A DNA stretch of 64,000 nucleotides from an uncultured delta proteobacterium (GTDB lineage Bacteria > Desulfobacterota > Desulfobacteria > Desulfobacterales > Desulfosalsimonadaceae), in contig CAWGYD010000004.1 in NCBI GenBank assembly GCA_963826785.1, forward strand, positions 96,001-160,000, given 5' to 3'. This document shows positions 19,585 to 29,692 of the stretch, piece after piece. Made by a program: the position numbers and the translations under genes. The notes under the pieces were generated by a model. The model had not been told where the DNA came from and searched no databases. It saw only the letters and a list, made by a program, of their open reading frames with translations. How positions within the stretch are numbered: the stretch's first letter is position 1; every line of letters begins with the position of its first letter.

Positions 19585-22260
19585 ATGACAGAAAAAAGAC
19601 CCACCCTCTATCTCATCGACGGCACCGCCTATATCCACCGGGCCTATCATGCCATCCGCAGCCTGGCCACCTCCAAAGGGTTTCCTTCCAATGCGGTGTT
19701 CGGGTTCACCCGGATGCTGATCAAGCTGATGAACGAAAAAAAGCCCGGGTATGCGGCCATGTTTTTTGATTCCAAGGGGGCCACCTTCCGGCATGATCTC
19801 TATGCCGACTACAAGGCTAACCGGCCGTCCATGGCCGATGACATGGCCGTGCAGATTCCCTACATCAAAGAAGTCACCCGGGGGTTTGGTCTTCCCATAT
19901 ATGAACAGCAAGGTTTTGAAGCCGACGACCTGATCGGCACCCTGGCCAAAAAGGCGGAGCAGCAGGGGTTTTTCGTGGTCATGGTCACCGGCGACAAGGA
20001 TTTCGTCCAGCTGGTGACGGACAACATCATTATCTGGGATCCCATGAAAGACCTGCTCATCGACCCCGGGTCCGTGCGGGAAACCTACTGTATCGAACCG
20101 CAGCAGATGGCCGACGTGCTCGGGCTGGCCGGAGACGCCTCGGACAACATTCCCGGCGTGCCGGGCATCGGCCAGAAGACCGCCCTCTGCCTGCTCCAGA
20201 CGTACCGGGACATGGATGACCTGTACGCCCGCATCGATGAGATCAAGTCGGCCAAGCAGAAGGAAAAACTCCTGGCCCATGAGCCCCAGGCCCGTCTGAG
20301 CCGGCAGCTGGCCACCATCCACACCGACTGCCCCGTTGACCTGGACATAGACGCCTTTACCTACCGGGGTCCGGACAACACCAGGCTGGCGCATCTGTTC
20401 AAGGAGCTTGAATTTCGGCAGCTGCAGAAGGATTACCCCATTTCTTCCGATCTGTCCAAAAAGAATTACCACACCGTACGGGATGAACAGGGATTGTCCG
20501 CGCTGGTAAAAGAGATCGAAAAGGCGGGCATCTGTGCGCTGGATACCGAAACCACGGCTCTGGACACCATGACTGCAAATCTGGTGGGGCTTTCATTCGC
20601 CGTGCGGCCGGATGAAGCCTGGTATATCCCCTGCGGACATGACCCGGCAGAGGATCAGCTCGATCTGGAGGTGGTGCTGACGGCGCTGCGGCCGGTGCTG
20701 GAAAACGCCGATATTGTAAAGGTCGGCCAGAATCTCAAGTATGACTGGACGGTGCTCAGGCGCCATGGGGTCGAGCTGTGCGGGAAGATTTTCGACACCA
20801 TGCTGGCATCCTACCTGCTGAGCCCGGAAAAGCGGGCCCACAGCCTGGACCAGATCGCCATCGATTACCTGGACCACAAGATGGTCTCCTATGAGGAGGT
20901 GATCAAGGCGGCCGGCAAGGTGGATAATTTTTCACAGGTGGGTGTGGAAGCGGCCACCGATTATTCATGCGAGGATGCGGACTGCACGCTGCTGGCCTAT
21001 GAAAAATTCAAGCCGATGCTCGAATCCGCAGGGCTTGCCCCTCTCTTTGATACCGTGGAAATCCCCCTGATTCCGGTGCTGATGAAAATGGAGATGACCG
21101 GCATCCGGGTGGACAAAGACCGGTTAAATGAATTGTCCAAGGATTTCTCCTTCCAGCTGGAGCAGACCTGCAAGCAGATCTATGCGATTGCCTGCTGTGA
21201 ATTCAACATCAACTCCTCCCAGCAGCTGGGCCAGATCCTGTTTGAGCAGCTGAAACTGCCGGTGGTGAAAAAAACCAAGAAAAAAACCGGGTATTCCACC
21301 GATGTGGAGGTGCTCACCGAGCTTTCGGTCCGGCATGAACTGCCGGCCCTGGTGCTGCGGCACCGGACCCTGAGCAAACTGAAATCCACCTATGTGGACG
21401 CCCTGTTCGGCCTGATCAACCCCGAAACCGGAAGAATCCACACTTCCTTCAACCAGACCGTGACCGCCACCGGTCGCCTGTCCAGCTCCCAGCCCAATCT
21501 CCAGAACATCCCCATCCGCACGGAAGAGGGCCGGGATATCCGGCGTGCGTTTATCCCCCGGCCCGGGTGGCAGTTCATATCCGCCGATTACTCCCAGGTG
21601 GAGCTACGGCTGCTGGCCCACTACTCGGATGATGAAATCCTCATCGATGCATTTTTAAAAGATGAAGACGTCCATACCCGCACCGCCGCGGAGGTGTTCG
21701 AAGCCCTCCCGTCCATGATCACGCCGGACCTGCGGCGCCAGGCCAAGGTGATCAATTTCGGGATCATCTACGGTATGGGTGCTTACAGCCTGGCCAAGGC
21801 GCTCAACATCTCCCAGAAAATGGCCAAGACCTACATCGATCATTATTTCAGGCGGTACAAAGGCGTAAAAGCTTTCATCGACGAGAGCATCGCCATAGCA
21901 CAGCAGACCGGAAAGGTGGAGACGGAACTGGGCCGCATCCGGTTCATCCCGGATATCAACAGCAATAACGTCAACCTGCGGAAATTTGCCGAACGCACGG
22001 CGGTGAACACACGGATTCAGGGGACGGCCGCGGACCTGATCAAACTGGCCATGATCCGGATGGACAAAGCCCTTTCGGAGCGAAATCTCAAATCCGCCAT
22101 GCTGCTTTCCGTCCATGACGAACTGGTGTTTGAAGTCCCGCCCGAGGAAATGGAGAGGGTAAAGGCACTGGTGAAAGAAATCATGGAAAATATCTGGGAA
22201 TTCAAAGTGCCCCTGAAGGTGAATGTGGCCGCAGGAGATGACTGGGCAGAGGCGCATTAA
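19585..22260 (+). CDS. polA: DNA polymerase I
   Basis: 5'-3' exonuclease (EADD, GDASDNIPG), DTET, TGRLSS..PNLQNIP, ADYSQVELR, NFGIIYG, VHDEL. Confidence 0.98.
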   Translation: MTEKRPTLYLIDGTAYIHRAYHAIRSLATSKGFPSNAVFGFTRMLIKLMNEKKPGYAAMFFDSKGATFRHDLYADYKANRPSMADDMAVQIPYIKEVTRGFGLPIYEQQGFEADDLIGTLAKKAEQQGFFVVMVTGDKDFVQLVTDNIIIWDPMKDLLIDPGSVRETYCIEPQQMADVLGLAGDASDNIPGVPGIGQKTALCLLQTYRDMDDLYARIDEIKSAKQKEKLLAHEPQARLSRQLATIHTDCPVDLDIDAFTYRGPDNTRLAHLFKELEFRQLQKDYPISSDLSKKNYHTVRDEQGLSALVKEIEKAGICALDTETTALDTMTANLVGLSFAVRPDEAWYIPCGHDPAEDQLDLEVVLTALRPVLENADIVKVGQNLKYDWTVLRRHGVELCGKIFDTMLASYLLSPEKRAHSLDQIAIDYLDHKMVSYEEVIKAAGKVDNFSQVGVEAATDYSCEDADCTLLAYEKFKPMLESAGLAPLFDTVEIPLIPVLMKMEMTGIRVDKDRLNELSKDFSFQLEQTCKQIYAIACCEFNINSSQQLGQILFEQLKLPVVKKTKKKTGYSTDVEVLTELSVRHELPALVLRHRTLSKLKSTYVDALFGLINPETGRIHTSFNQTVTATGRLSSSQPNLQNIPIRTEEGRDIRRAFIPRPGWQFISADYSQVELRLLAHYSDDEILIDAFLKDEDVHTRTAAEVFEALPSMITPDLRRQAKVINFGIIYGMGAYSLAKALNISQKMAKTYIDHYFRRYKGVKAFIDESIAIAQQTGKVETELGRIRFIPDINSNNVNLRKFAERTAVNTRIQGTAADLIKLAMIRMDKALSERNLKSAMLLSVHDELVFEVPPEEMERVKALVKEIMENIWEFKVPLKVNVAAGDDWAEAH

Positions 22261-22273
22261 CCATTAAGCGTTC

Positions 22274-22441
22274 TTAATCTTCTTCCTTTTTACCTTCGGC
22301 CTTCACCGCATCTTCCACCGTCTTGTAGATATTTTTGAAATGATCATGGAAACTCGTTGGCGAAATGTTGCCCACCTCGATGAATTTTACCACGATTTCC
22401 TTGGCGGCTTTTAATATCATCTCATCGGTTTTTGATCCCAT
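22274..22441 (-). CDS. Small conserved hypothetical protein, 55 aa (below ORF-track cutoff)
   Basis: Manual translation MGSKTDEMILKAAKEIVVKFIEVGNISPTSFHDHFKNIYKTVEDAVKAEGKKEED. Confidence 0.75.
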   Translation of the reverse strand: MGSKTDEMILKAAKEIVVKFIEVGNISPTSFHDHFKNIYKTVEDAVKAEGKKEED

Positions 22442-22621
22442 ATTGTACCCCGCGCGCTAAAAACAGACATTTTTTTCAATGCCGTGCTGCCAAGTTCAAA
22501 TTGTGGGCAAACAAGCGGCTTGATGCGATGCGGACGCGCCGGTTTCAGGCCTTCGGTCGCAAATCCACTGCAATCTTTTCCCGGTATATAGCAGATGGGA
22601 ATATGGCGTGCAATCCATTAC

Positions 22622-22651
22622 TTGACACTCCCGCTGCACGCTTATTATATT
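22622..22651 (+). promoter_or_regulatory. Sigma70-type promoter upstream of map
   Basis: TTGACA-N18-TATATT. Confidence 0.5.
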
Positions 22652-22724
22652 CTTCAATACGGATTGAATCGGAATAAATATTGTTCACCGTCTGGATTTT
22701 GTCGGGCGGAAAAACCGGGAGCAA

Positions 22725-23618
22725 ATGATGCTGAAAAATGACATGTTCGGAGTCGGAAGAAATGCGCCGTGTCCCTGCGGCAGCGGGAAAAAATTTAAAA
22801 AATGTTGTATGAGCGCCGATTCTCCGCAGCCGGTGGACATGAAGAAGCTTTATGCCCGGAAGTACGACATCCGGCTCAAAAGCGGAAATGAAATAGAGGG
22901 GATCCGCAAAAGCGGCGGCCTGGTGATCGAAACACTGGACCTGCTGGAGTCCCATATTCGACCGGGCGTCACCACGGATGAACTGGACCGGATTGCCCAT
23001 GAATTTGCCCTGGACCATCAGGCGATTCCGGCGCCCTTAAACTACAGGGGGTTTCCCAAGAGCATCTGCACGTCGGTCAACGACGTGATCTGCCACGGGA
23101 TCCCCGGAAAGCAAGCCCTGGTCGACGGCGATATCATCAACGTGGATGTCACCCTGATTTACCAGGGGTATTTTGCAGATGCCAGCAAGACATATTTCGT
23201 GGGAAGGCCCGGCCCGGATGCCCAAAAAATCGTGCGGGTAACCGCCGAGTGCCTGAAGGCGGCCATGGAGGTGCTCAAACCGGGTAATACCATCGGCGAT
23301 ATCGGATGGGCCATCCAGTCCTGCGCGGAGCCGCAGCAATGCTCCGTAGTCCGGGAATTCGTGGGCCACGGCATCGGCTCCGAGTTCCACGAACCGCCCC
23401 AGATTCCCCACTATGGCCGGAAAGGCTCCGGCATCCTCCTGGTGCCGGGAATGGTGTTTACGGTGGAGCCCATGATCAATCTGGGAAAACCGGATCTGTT
23501 CGTGGCCGCCGACAATTGGACCGCCATCACCCGGGATCGCAAGCTCTCGGCCCAGTTCGAGCAGACTTTCTTGATCACCACGGAGGGTTACGAGAGCCTG
23601 ACGCCCTATGACTTATAG
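22725..23618 (+). CDS. map: Type I methionine aminopeptidase with N-terminal SEC-C motif
   Basis: GRNAPCPCGSGKKFKKCC; ICHGIP, GHGIG..FHEPP, FTVEPM, AQFEQT. Confidence 0.95.
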   Translation: MMLKNDMFGVGRNAPCPCGSGKKFKKCCMSADSPQPVDMKKLYARKYDIRLKSGNEIEGIRKSGGLVIETLDLLESHIRPGVTTDELDRIAHEFALDHQAIPAPLNYRGFPKSICTSVNDVICHGIPGKQALVDGDIINVDVTLIYQGYFADASKTYFVGRPGPDAQKIVRVTAECLKAAMEVLKPGNTIGDIGWAIQSCAEPQQCSVVREFVGHGIGSEFHEPPQIPHYGRKGSGILLVPGMVFTVEPMINLGKPDLFVAADNWTAITRDRKLSAQFEQTFLITTEGYESLTPYDL

Positions 23619-25210
23619 ATCATGAAGTAACGGTCGGCCACGCACCGTGCGGCGGCCGCGGCGGTAAAATCGATGAGTTCCGGAAGGGAGATCCGCTGAT
23701 TGAACCCGCCCAGGTGCGGACCGGTCAGGATGGCGATGTCCCGTGCCCCTTGTTGCATGCGCTTGATTTCTTCGGCACCCAATCCCCGGCTATTCAGAAA
23801 AGAGGCAAATTCCGTTTTGGTCATGGACTTCTGATCGGCGACCCGCAGTACTTCTTCCATGTGGTGATCGACCCCCATTTCCGCAATCATGCGCAAAACC
23901 AGCTTTCTGGATGCCGCCGGCAGATCTCCGGAAAAGGCTTTCCCGGTAAATCCTTCGTAATATTGAATAAATACCGATTCAACGGTCCGTTCGGCCAAAT
24001 CCGGGTCAAACAGGTCCCGGGCGTCGACCGGGTTTCCATTCCCGTCGACACCCCGCCGATCCGGTTCCAGATTCCTGAAATAACTTCCGATCACCAGGAG
24101 CAGACTGAACAGGTGGGTGCCGATATGCCCGTAGAGCTTTCGCGGCGAATCGGCAAATGAAACAAGGTGTTCAAAGTCCCGGATACCGGTCCTGCCGATA
24201 TTCGGATACCGGCAGGAATCGAGCCATTGGTCCAGGCGGCCGCCCCGGTGCCATTCGTACACCCCCTGGTCGGTCCGCCGCTGGCGCTGCACCCGGTTGT
24301 GGAACAGGGGAATGGGGGCGGTATGGACGATGCCCGAGGCGCACAGCCGGCCCAGTGTCCCGGCGCTGCGGCCCATGATATCCAGAAAGCGGTCCGGGGG
24401 CAGGGGATTTGGATGATGCTCGTTGGGATACGAAAAATATTTTGCCGGTGCGAGAAAAGCAATGCCGTAATAAGGAGGGCCGGACAGGCATTCCGGGGGG
24501 ATGGCGGGAATCTGCCTGAGTTTAAAAACATATCCCTTGTCGACCCGGATGGGGACGGGCACTCCGAAGCCGTCCGGATCATCCCACTGCCGGATGGGGT
24601 CCGACAGATAGGCCTGCCACGTGCTTTCCCGCTCCAGAAGGGGGCAGTCCTGAATCGACCCGGTCAGTTTGACCACCAGCAAGGGGGCATCATTCGGCGG
24701 TTGAATTACCAGGTTGCGGCCCTTCCATGAGGGAAGCCGGGCTGTTTCGGGAATGCCGGCGGCCTGCAGCAGGCCCTGCCAGGAGATTTCGGCGATGGAT
24801 GATGGGTCCGGCAAATCCGGCAGGCATGGCCCCCGGATGATCAGGGGAAGACTTCCCAATGCTTCGGCAGCGGCCTTGAAGGGCTTGCCGGAATGGGCGC
24901 TCACAATTTGATTCAGCGCCTGCAGGGCTTTTTGGGCCAGCACGGGGTCGTTCGTCCGGGAAATGACGGAACCAAGCGCGTCCGCCGCTTTTTTATACAG
25001 GAAATAGGCCTGGCGCTGGCGTCCATGCACGGTGCCGGCCAGAACGGAGAAAAGTGCGGCCACTGTGGTTTCCGTGACGCATTCGATTTCCCGGCCGATC
25101 AGAAACTGAAGGCTCGCCACGGTCATGTAGGTGGCGGCAAAATCACCCTGGCCGTGGATCAGGTAGTCTTCCGCATCCCGGCGCTCTTTTTCGGAAGTCT
25201 GGATGTACAT
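23606..25210 (-). CDS. SidJ-related pseudokinase
   Basis: LVVK; PLFHNR..RTDQGVY..GRLDQW..YPNIGRTGIRDFEH resembles the SidJ catalytic region. Confidence 0.72.
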   Translation of the reverse strand: MYIQTSEKERRDAEDYLIHGQGDFAATYMTVASLQFLIGREIECVTETTVAALFSVLAGTVHGRQRQAYFLYKKAADALGSVISRTNDPVLAQKALQALNQIVSAHSGKPFKAAAEALGSLPLIIRGPCLPDLPDPSSIAEISWQGLLQAAGIPETARLPSWKGRNLVIQPPNDAPLLVVKLTGSIQDCPLLERESTWQAYLSDPIRQWDDPDGFGVPVPIRVDKGYVFKLRQIPAIPPECLSGPPYYGIAFLAPAKYFSYPNEHHPNPLPPDRFLDIMGRSAGTLGRLCASGIVHTAPIPLFHNRVQRQRRTDQGVYEWHRGGRLDQWLDSCRYPNIGRTGIRDFEHLVSFADSPRKLYGHIGTHLFSLLLVIGSYFRNLEPDRRGVDGNGNPVDARDLFDPDLAERTVESVFIQYYEGFTGKAFSGDLPAASRKLVLRMIAEMGVDHHMEEVLRVADQKSMTKTEFASFLNSRGLGAEEIKRMQQGARDIAILTGPHLGGFNQRISLPELIDFTAAAAARCVADRYFMIYKS

Positions 25211-25292
25211 GGGACGGATTTCATATCACATCTGGTGCCTGAACGGAAAGCACATCTTTTGGCCCGGATGAAGCATGGAAGCACTATTGGCA

Positions 25293-27296
25293 TTATCGGA
25301 TATTCAGCGCCGCCAGAAATCCCCCGTGAATGGCATCGTTGATTTTACCCGGCGCAATGCAGTCTCCCACGCAGGTGTGGGCAAGGCAAAGGCCCTGAAC
25401 CGCCCTGGACAGCGTCTGAACCGGGCGGGAGCCGGCCGCCAGGATGATGGAATCAAACTGTTTCGAATTTTTTTCCCCTTTGACGTCAAAATGCACGGTT
25501 TTGTCTTCAATGCGGCTTACCGTGGCCTCCGTCAAAATGGTGACCCCGTAGCGGGCCAGTTTGTCCATCAGCACCCAGCGGGTGGATCGGCCCACATCCT
25601 TGCCCGCCCGGGGGAGCATCTCAAATACCGTCACCTTCGAAGTCCCTTCAAACATCAGCGCTTTGAGCCTCTCGGGCGGTTCGGCATCGTATTCAAACAG
25701 AAACTGCAGGATATCGGGGGTGAGCGTCCCTTTGGCGGCGGCAAACAAGGCGGTCTCCAGCCCCACGGCCCCGCCGCCGATGACGGCCACTTCTTTTCCA
25801 AGGACCGGGTTGTCCTTCATCACCTGCCAGGAGGACATCACCGCGGCACTGTCCGCCCCCTGGATGGGCGGCATCAGGGGTTTTGCCCCTTCGGCGATGA
25901 TCAGGTAATCCGGGTTGGCGTTTTGAATAAAATCCGGGGTGACTTCGGTATTGAGAAAAACGGGGATGTCGTATTTGTTGACCATGGCCCGGTAGTAGCG
26001 GATGAATTCGAACAATTCCTGCTTGTGGGGCGGCGCGCCGGCAATCCAGATCTGTCCGCCGATGTCGCCGTCCTTTTCATAGACTTCCACCCGGTGTCCC
26101 ATCTGAGTTGCGGTGACGGCGGCCTCCAGGCCGGCGAGTCCCGCCCCGATGATCATGACCCGTTTGGGCGCATCGGTTTGAACGATCTTTCGCTCTTCCT
26201 CGAACCCGGCCTGGGGGTTTCCGGCACAAAACACCGGCATGCCGGCAAAGATCTGGTCCGTGCACCCCTGGGAGCAGGCGACACAGGGACGGATTTCATG
26301 GGCCTTGCCGGAAAATGCTTTTTGGGGCCAGTAGGGATCGGCGATGAGCACCCGGCCCAGGTTGACCATGTCCGCGCACCCGTCTCTGAGCATCTTTTCG
26401 GCTGAATCGGGATCTGCAATCCGGTTGGAGGCCATCACCGGCAGGGATACCGCTTTTTTGATATTCAACGCCAGGTAGGAAAAGGCCCCCCGGGGCAGTT
26501 CCATGGGAAGCTGGGGCACCTTGGTGACGTGCCACCCGCCGGTGACATTGAGTGCATCCACACCGGCCTGTTCATAGGCTTGTGCGATGAGCGGGGTCTG
26601 TTCGTCCGTGTTGCTCCCCGGCACGAAATCGTTTCCGGCCATGCGGATGGTGAGCGGTACATCGGGGCCCACTGTTTTTCGGGTCAGTTCCAGCACCTCC
26701 ACGGGAAATCGGAGCCGGTTTTCAAAGCTTCCGCCGTAGCGGTCCTGGCGCTGGTTGGTCAGCGGGGAGAGAAACTGGGTCAACAGATACCCCGCCGATC
26801 CGATAATCTCCACCCCGTCAAAGCCGGCTTCAACTGCCCTTACGGCCGCCCGGGCAAATGCGTCCTTGACCCGTTCGATATCCTCTATGGTCATTTCCCG
26901 GGGCGTGGTTTTGGAATAGGTGCAGTAAATCGCAGACGGTGCAATGGGGGTCTGGTTGTTGATCAGCATGGGATGGGAAAAGGCGCCGGCGTGAAACAGC
27001 TGAATCCAGGCCCGGGCCCCTTCGGCCCTGATCAGGCCGGCCAGTTTCCGGAAAGAGGGGATGGCTTCATCGTCGGCAATGGACAGCGCGGCCAGCCCGG
27101 CTCCCAGATCATCGATTCCCACAGGCCCCACGGTGACCATGCCCGCCCCGCCACGGGCCTTTTCCCTGAAATAATGATAATACCGGTCATTTAATTTGCT
27201 GTCATAGGAGTACAGCAGACCCAGGGCCGGATAGGCGATCCGGTTCTTGATTTCCATGCGGTTGATGGTGATCGGGGAAAAAAGGGTTTTATACAT
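25293..27296 (-). CDS. NADH:flavin oxidoreductase, 2,4-dienoyl-CoA reductase-like (OYE barrel, 4Fe-4S, FAD)
   Basis: QLFHAG, GYLLTQFLSP..NQRQDRYGGS, CVACSQGC..C, IIGAGLAG, IGGGAVG. Confidence 0.9.
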   Translation of the reverse strand: MYKTLFSPITINRMEIKNRIAYPALGLLYSYDSKLNDRYYHYFREKARGGAGMVTVGPVGIDDLGAGLAALSIADDEAIPSFRKLAGLIRAEGARAWIQLFHAGAFSHPMLINNQTPIAPSAIYCTYSKTTPREMTIEDIERVKDAFARAAVRAVEAGFDGVEIIGSAGYLLTQFLSPLTNQRQDRYGGSFENRLRFPVEVLELTRKTVGPDVPLTIRMAGNDFVPGSNTDEQTPLIAQAYEQAGVDALNVTGGWHVTKVPQLPMELPRGAFSYLALNIKKAVSLPVMASNRIADPDSAEKMLRDGCADMVNLGRVLIADPYWPQKAFSGKAHEIRPCVACSQGCTDQIFAGMPVFCAGNPQAGFEEERKIVQTDAPKRVMIIGAGLAGLEAAVTATQMGHRVEVYEKDGDIGGQIWIAGAPPHKQELFEFIRYYRAMVNKYDIPVFLNTEVTPDFIQNANPDYLIIAEGAKPLMPPIQGADSAAVMSSWQVMKDNPVLGKEVAVIGGGAVGLETALFAAAKGTLTPDILQFLFEYDAEPPERLKALMFEGTSKVTVFEMLPRAGKDVGRSTRWVLMDKLARYGVTILTEATVSRIEDKTVHFDVKGEKNSKQFDSIILAAGSRPVQTLSRAVQGLCLAHTCVGDCIAPGKINDAIHGGFLAALNIR

Positions 27297-27358
27297 GTCC
27301 GCGCCCCCAAATAGTGAGTTAAATTTTTAAATTGAATTATATTCAAAAGTCGAGGCTC

Positions 27359-27387
27359 ATTATAAATTGGCGGTTTCTGCTTGTCAA
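27359..27387 (-). promoter_or_regulatory. Consensus sigma70 promoter for the oxidoreductase
   Basis: Minus strand TTGACA-N17-TATAAT. Confidence 0.85.
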
Positions 27388-27451
27388 GGTTATCATAAAT
27401 TGAATAAAAAGAGTTGATGCGATATAGACGCATGGGAAATGGCATTTAAAA

Positions 27452-27508
27452 TAGTGGCCGAACGAAAACCGGATACCGGTGGATACCCTGGTTTTTGCTC
27501 GGCCACTA
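27452..27508. repeat. 57-bp inverted-repeat element (MITE-like)
   Basis: TAGTGGCCGAACGAAAACC ... GGTTTTTGCTCGGCCACTA. Confidence 0.6.
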
Positions 27509-27541
27509 ATAGGTTGTTAACTCAATTTCGGGTCGTAAGAG

Positions 27542-28561
27542 ATGAAAATATTATTGACGGGCGGTGCCGGTTTTATTGGGAGTCACACCTGTGTCCTGCT
27601 GCTGGAAAGTGGGTATGACGTGGTCATTATTGATAACCTTTCAAACAGCAAGGCAGCGGCCCTGACCTGCATTGAGGAAATTACCCGAAAAAGGGTCGCT
27701 TTCGTGCACGCGGACCTGCGCAATCGGGACGCGGTGGAAAACTTATTTTCAAATCATCGCTTCAATGCGGTCATCCATTTTGCGGGGCTCAAATGCGTGT
27801 CCGAATCCGTCGAGAACCCGTTGTCCTATTATGATAACAACCTCGTGGCGACAATGGTGCTGCTGGATGTGATGCGGCGGCATCATGTCCGGCAACTGGT
27901 ATTCAGCTCCTCGGCCACGGTATATGGTGAGCCCGAAACAATCCCCCTGCCGGAAAGTGCCGCCCTGCGCCCGGTCAACCCCTATGGCCGGACCAAACTG
28001 ATGGTCGAAAAGCTCCTGAAGGACGTTCAGGCCTCTGATCCTTCATGGCGGATTGCCATCCTGCGGTATTTCAATCCTGTGGGCGCGCATCCATCGGGAT
28101 TGATCGGAGAGGACCCCTCGGATATTCCCAACAACCTGATGCCCTACATCAGCAAAGTGGCCGCCGGCGTACTGCCGCAACTCCGGGTCTATGGAAACGA
28201 TTACCCGACTCCGGACGGCACCGGCATCCGGGACTACATTCATGTGATGGATCTGGCGGAGGGGCATTTAAAAGCCATGGAAAGCATCGGCAGGAAAAGT
28301 GGACTGCTGATCTGCAACCTGGGCACGGGCCGGGGGTACAGTGTCCTCGAGATGATCGCTGCATTCGAGGAAGCCTCAAAACGCAAAATCGCATATCAGA
28401 TTGTGGGCCGCCGACCGGGCGATGTCGCAGTCTGTTATGCCGATCCCGCGCTTTCTGAACGGCAGCTGGGATGGAAAGCCGGGCGCGATCTGTCCGCCAT
28501 GTGCAGGGATGCCTGGCACTGGCAGTCGATGAATCCGAAAGGGTACCCGGCGCCAAATTGA
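27542..28561 (+). CDS. galE: UDP-glucose 4-epimerase
   Basis: TGGAGFIGSH, FSSSATVYG, YGRTK, LRYFNPVGAH, RDYIHV. Confidence 0.96.
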   Translation: MKILLTGGAGFIGSHTCVLLLESGYDVVIIDNLSNSKAAALTCIEEITRKRVAFVHADLRNRDAVENLFSNHRFNAVIHFAGLKCVSESVENPLSYYDNNLVATMVLLDVMRRHHVRQLVFSSSATVYGEPETIPLPESAALRPVNPYGRTKLMVEKLLKDVQASDPSWRIAILRYFNPVGAHPSGLIGEDPSDIPNNLMPYISKVAAGVLPQLRVYGNDYPTPDGTGIRDYIHVMDLAEGHLKAMESIGRKSGLLICNLGTGRGYSVLEMIAAFEEASKRKIAYQIVGRRPGDVAVCYADPALSERQLGWKAGRDLSAMCRDAWHWQSMNPKGYPAPN

Positions 28562-28713
28562 ATTGATGGCTGAAAGCTTTCCTTTTCTGCACGCCCCGAT
28601 GTTTTTTCTCATTTCGATATCCATTCAGCAAAAAACAATTGTCCGGCCTTTATTGACATCAACAACATCCTGTATTACTTATCCAGTTTGAATCAGAAGA
28701 GGAAAGCCAATCC

Positions 28714-29409
28714 GTGAATCGCATGAGAGAGCTGCACTCAGTTGAGCGGCAGCAGTTTGAAAAGTTATTCAAGCAGGAAAAAATCGACCGGTTCGATGAC
28801 CGCTTCAAGGTATTGGAAGCGTTTTTGAATAAGGAGCGGCACATGACCGCATCCGACCTTGCAGGCGTGCTCAAAGACCAGAAAGTCAGCCTCCCCGAAG
28901 CGTTCATCGAAGAAACCCTGGAATTGATGTGCTACTTCGGGTTCGCCCAGAAGAACCGGTTCAAGAACGGGGACATCCACTATGAACACCGGCACCTGGG
29001 GCAGCATCATGACCATTTGATCTGCACCAAATGCGGCGACATATCGGAATTCAAAAACGACCGGCTGGAGCAGCTGCAGGGCCAGGTATCCTCCCAGCTG
29101 GGTTTTCACATGCTGCAGCACCGGATGGACATATACGGCATCTGCGGCAACTGCCTGAAGGCAAGAGACCAGCAGATGCCGCTCACCGCCGCCAAACAGG
29201 GGGAGCGGGTGGTCATACGGGATTTTCTCGGGGGCGGCGATTTTAAGCTTCGGCTGCTGAGCATGGGGCTGCGGGTGGGAGACGAGCTCGAGGTGATCAC
29301 CAATCATGGCAAAGGGCGGCTGGTGATTGCCGCGGACTACCAGCGATATGTCCTGGGGCCCGGCATGGCCCAGAAAATCATCGTGGCCCAGATGGCCGCG
29401 GCCGACTGA
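28714..29409 (+). CDS. Fur-family regulator fused to a C-terminal FeoA domain
   Basis: HHDHLICTKCG..CGNC followed by RLLSMGLRVG FeoA motif. Confidence 0.87.
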   Translation: MNRMRELHSVERQQFEKLFKQEKIDRFDDRFKVLEAFLNKERHMTASDLAGVLKDQKVSLPEAFIEETLELMCYFGFAQKNRFKNGDIHYEHRHLGQHHDHLICTKCGDISEFKNDRLEQLQGQVSSQLGFHMLQHRMDIYGICGNCLKARDQQMPLTAAKQGERVVIRDFLGGGDFKLRLLSMGLRVGDELEVITNHGKGRLVIAADYQRYVLGPGMAQKIIVAQMAAAD

Positions 29410-29453
29410 TTCCCGAAATTAAATTCCATCCGATTTTATCATAAAGGACAGAT

Positions 29454-29684
29454 ATGCGCTTGAGTGACATGAGAGCGGGCCAGTGCGCGCTCATCATCAG
29501 TATCGGCGGGGAGCCCCGGCTTAGGCGGCGTATCCTGGAGATGGGGCTGACCCGGGGGGCGGAAGTCTACGTTGAAAAATATGCGCCCCTGAAAGACCCC
29601 CTGGAACTGGTGGTGCGGGGAAATCACATTTCCCTGCGGGTGAAGGAAGCCGAAGAAATCATCGTCGAACCCAAGGCCACCTGA
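29454..29684 (+). CDS. feoA: Ferrous iron transport protein A
   Basis: RRILEMGL, APLKDP, ISLR..EA. Confidence 0.93.
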   Translation: MRLSDMRAGQCALIISIGGEPRLRRRILEMGLTRGAEVYVEKYAPLKDPLELVVRGNHISLRVKEAEEIIVEPKAT

Positions 29685-29692
29685 AGGCGGAT

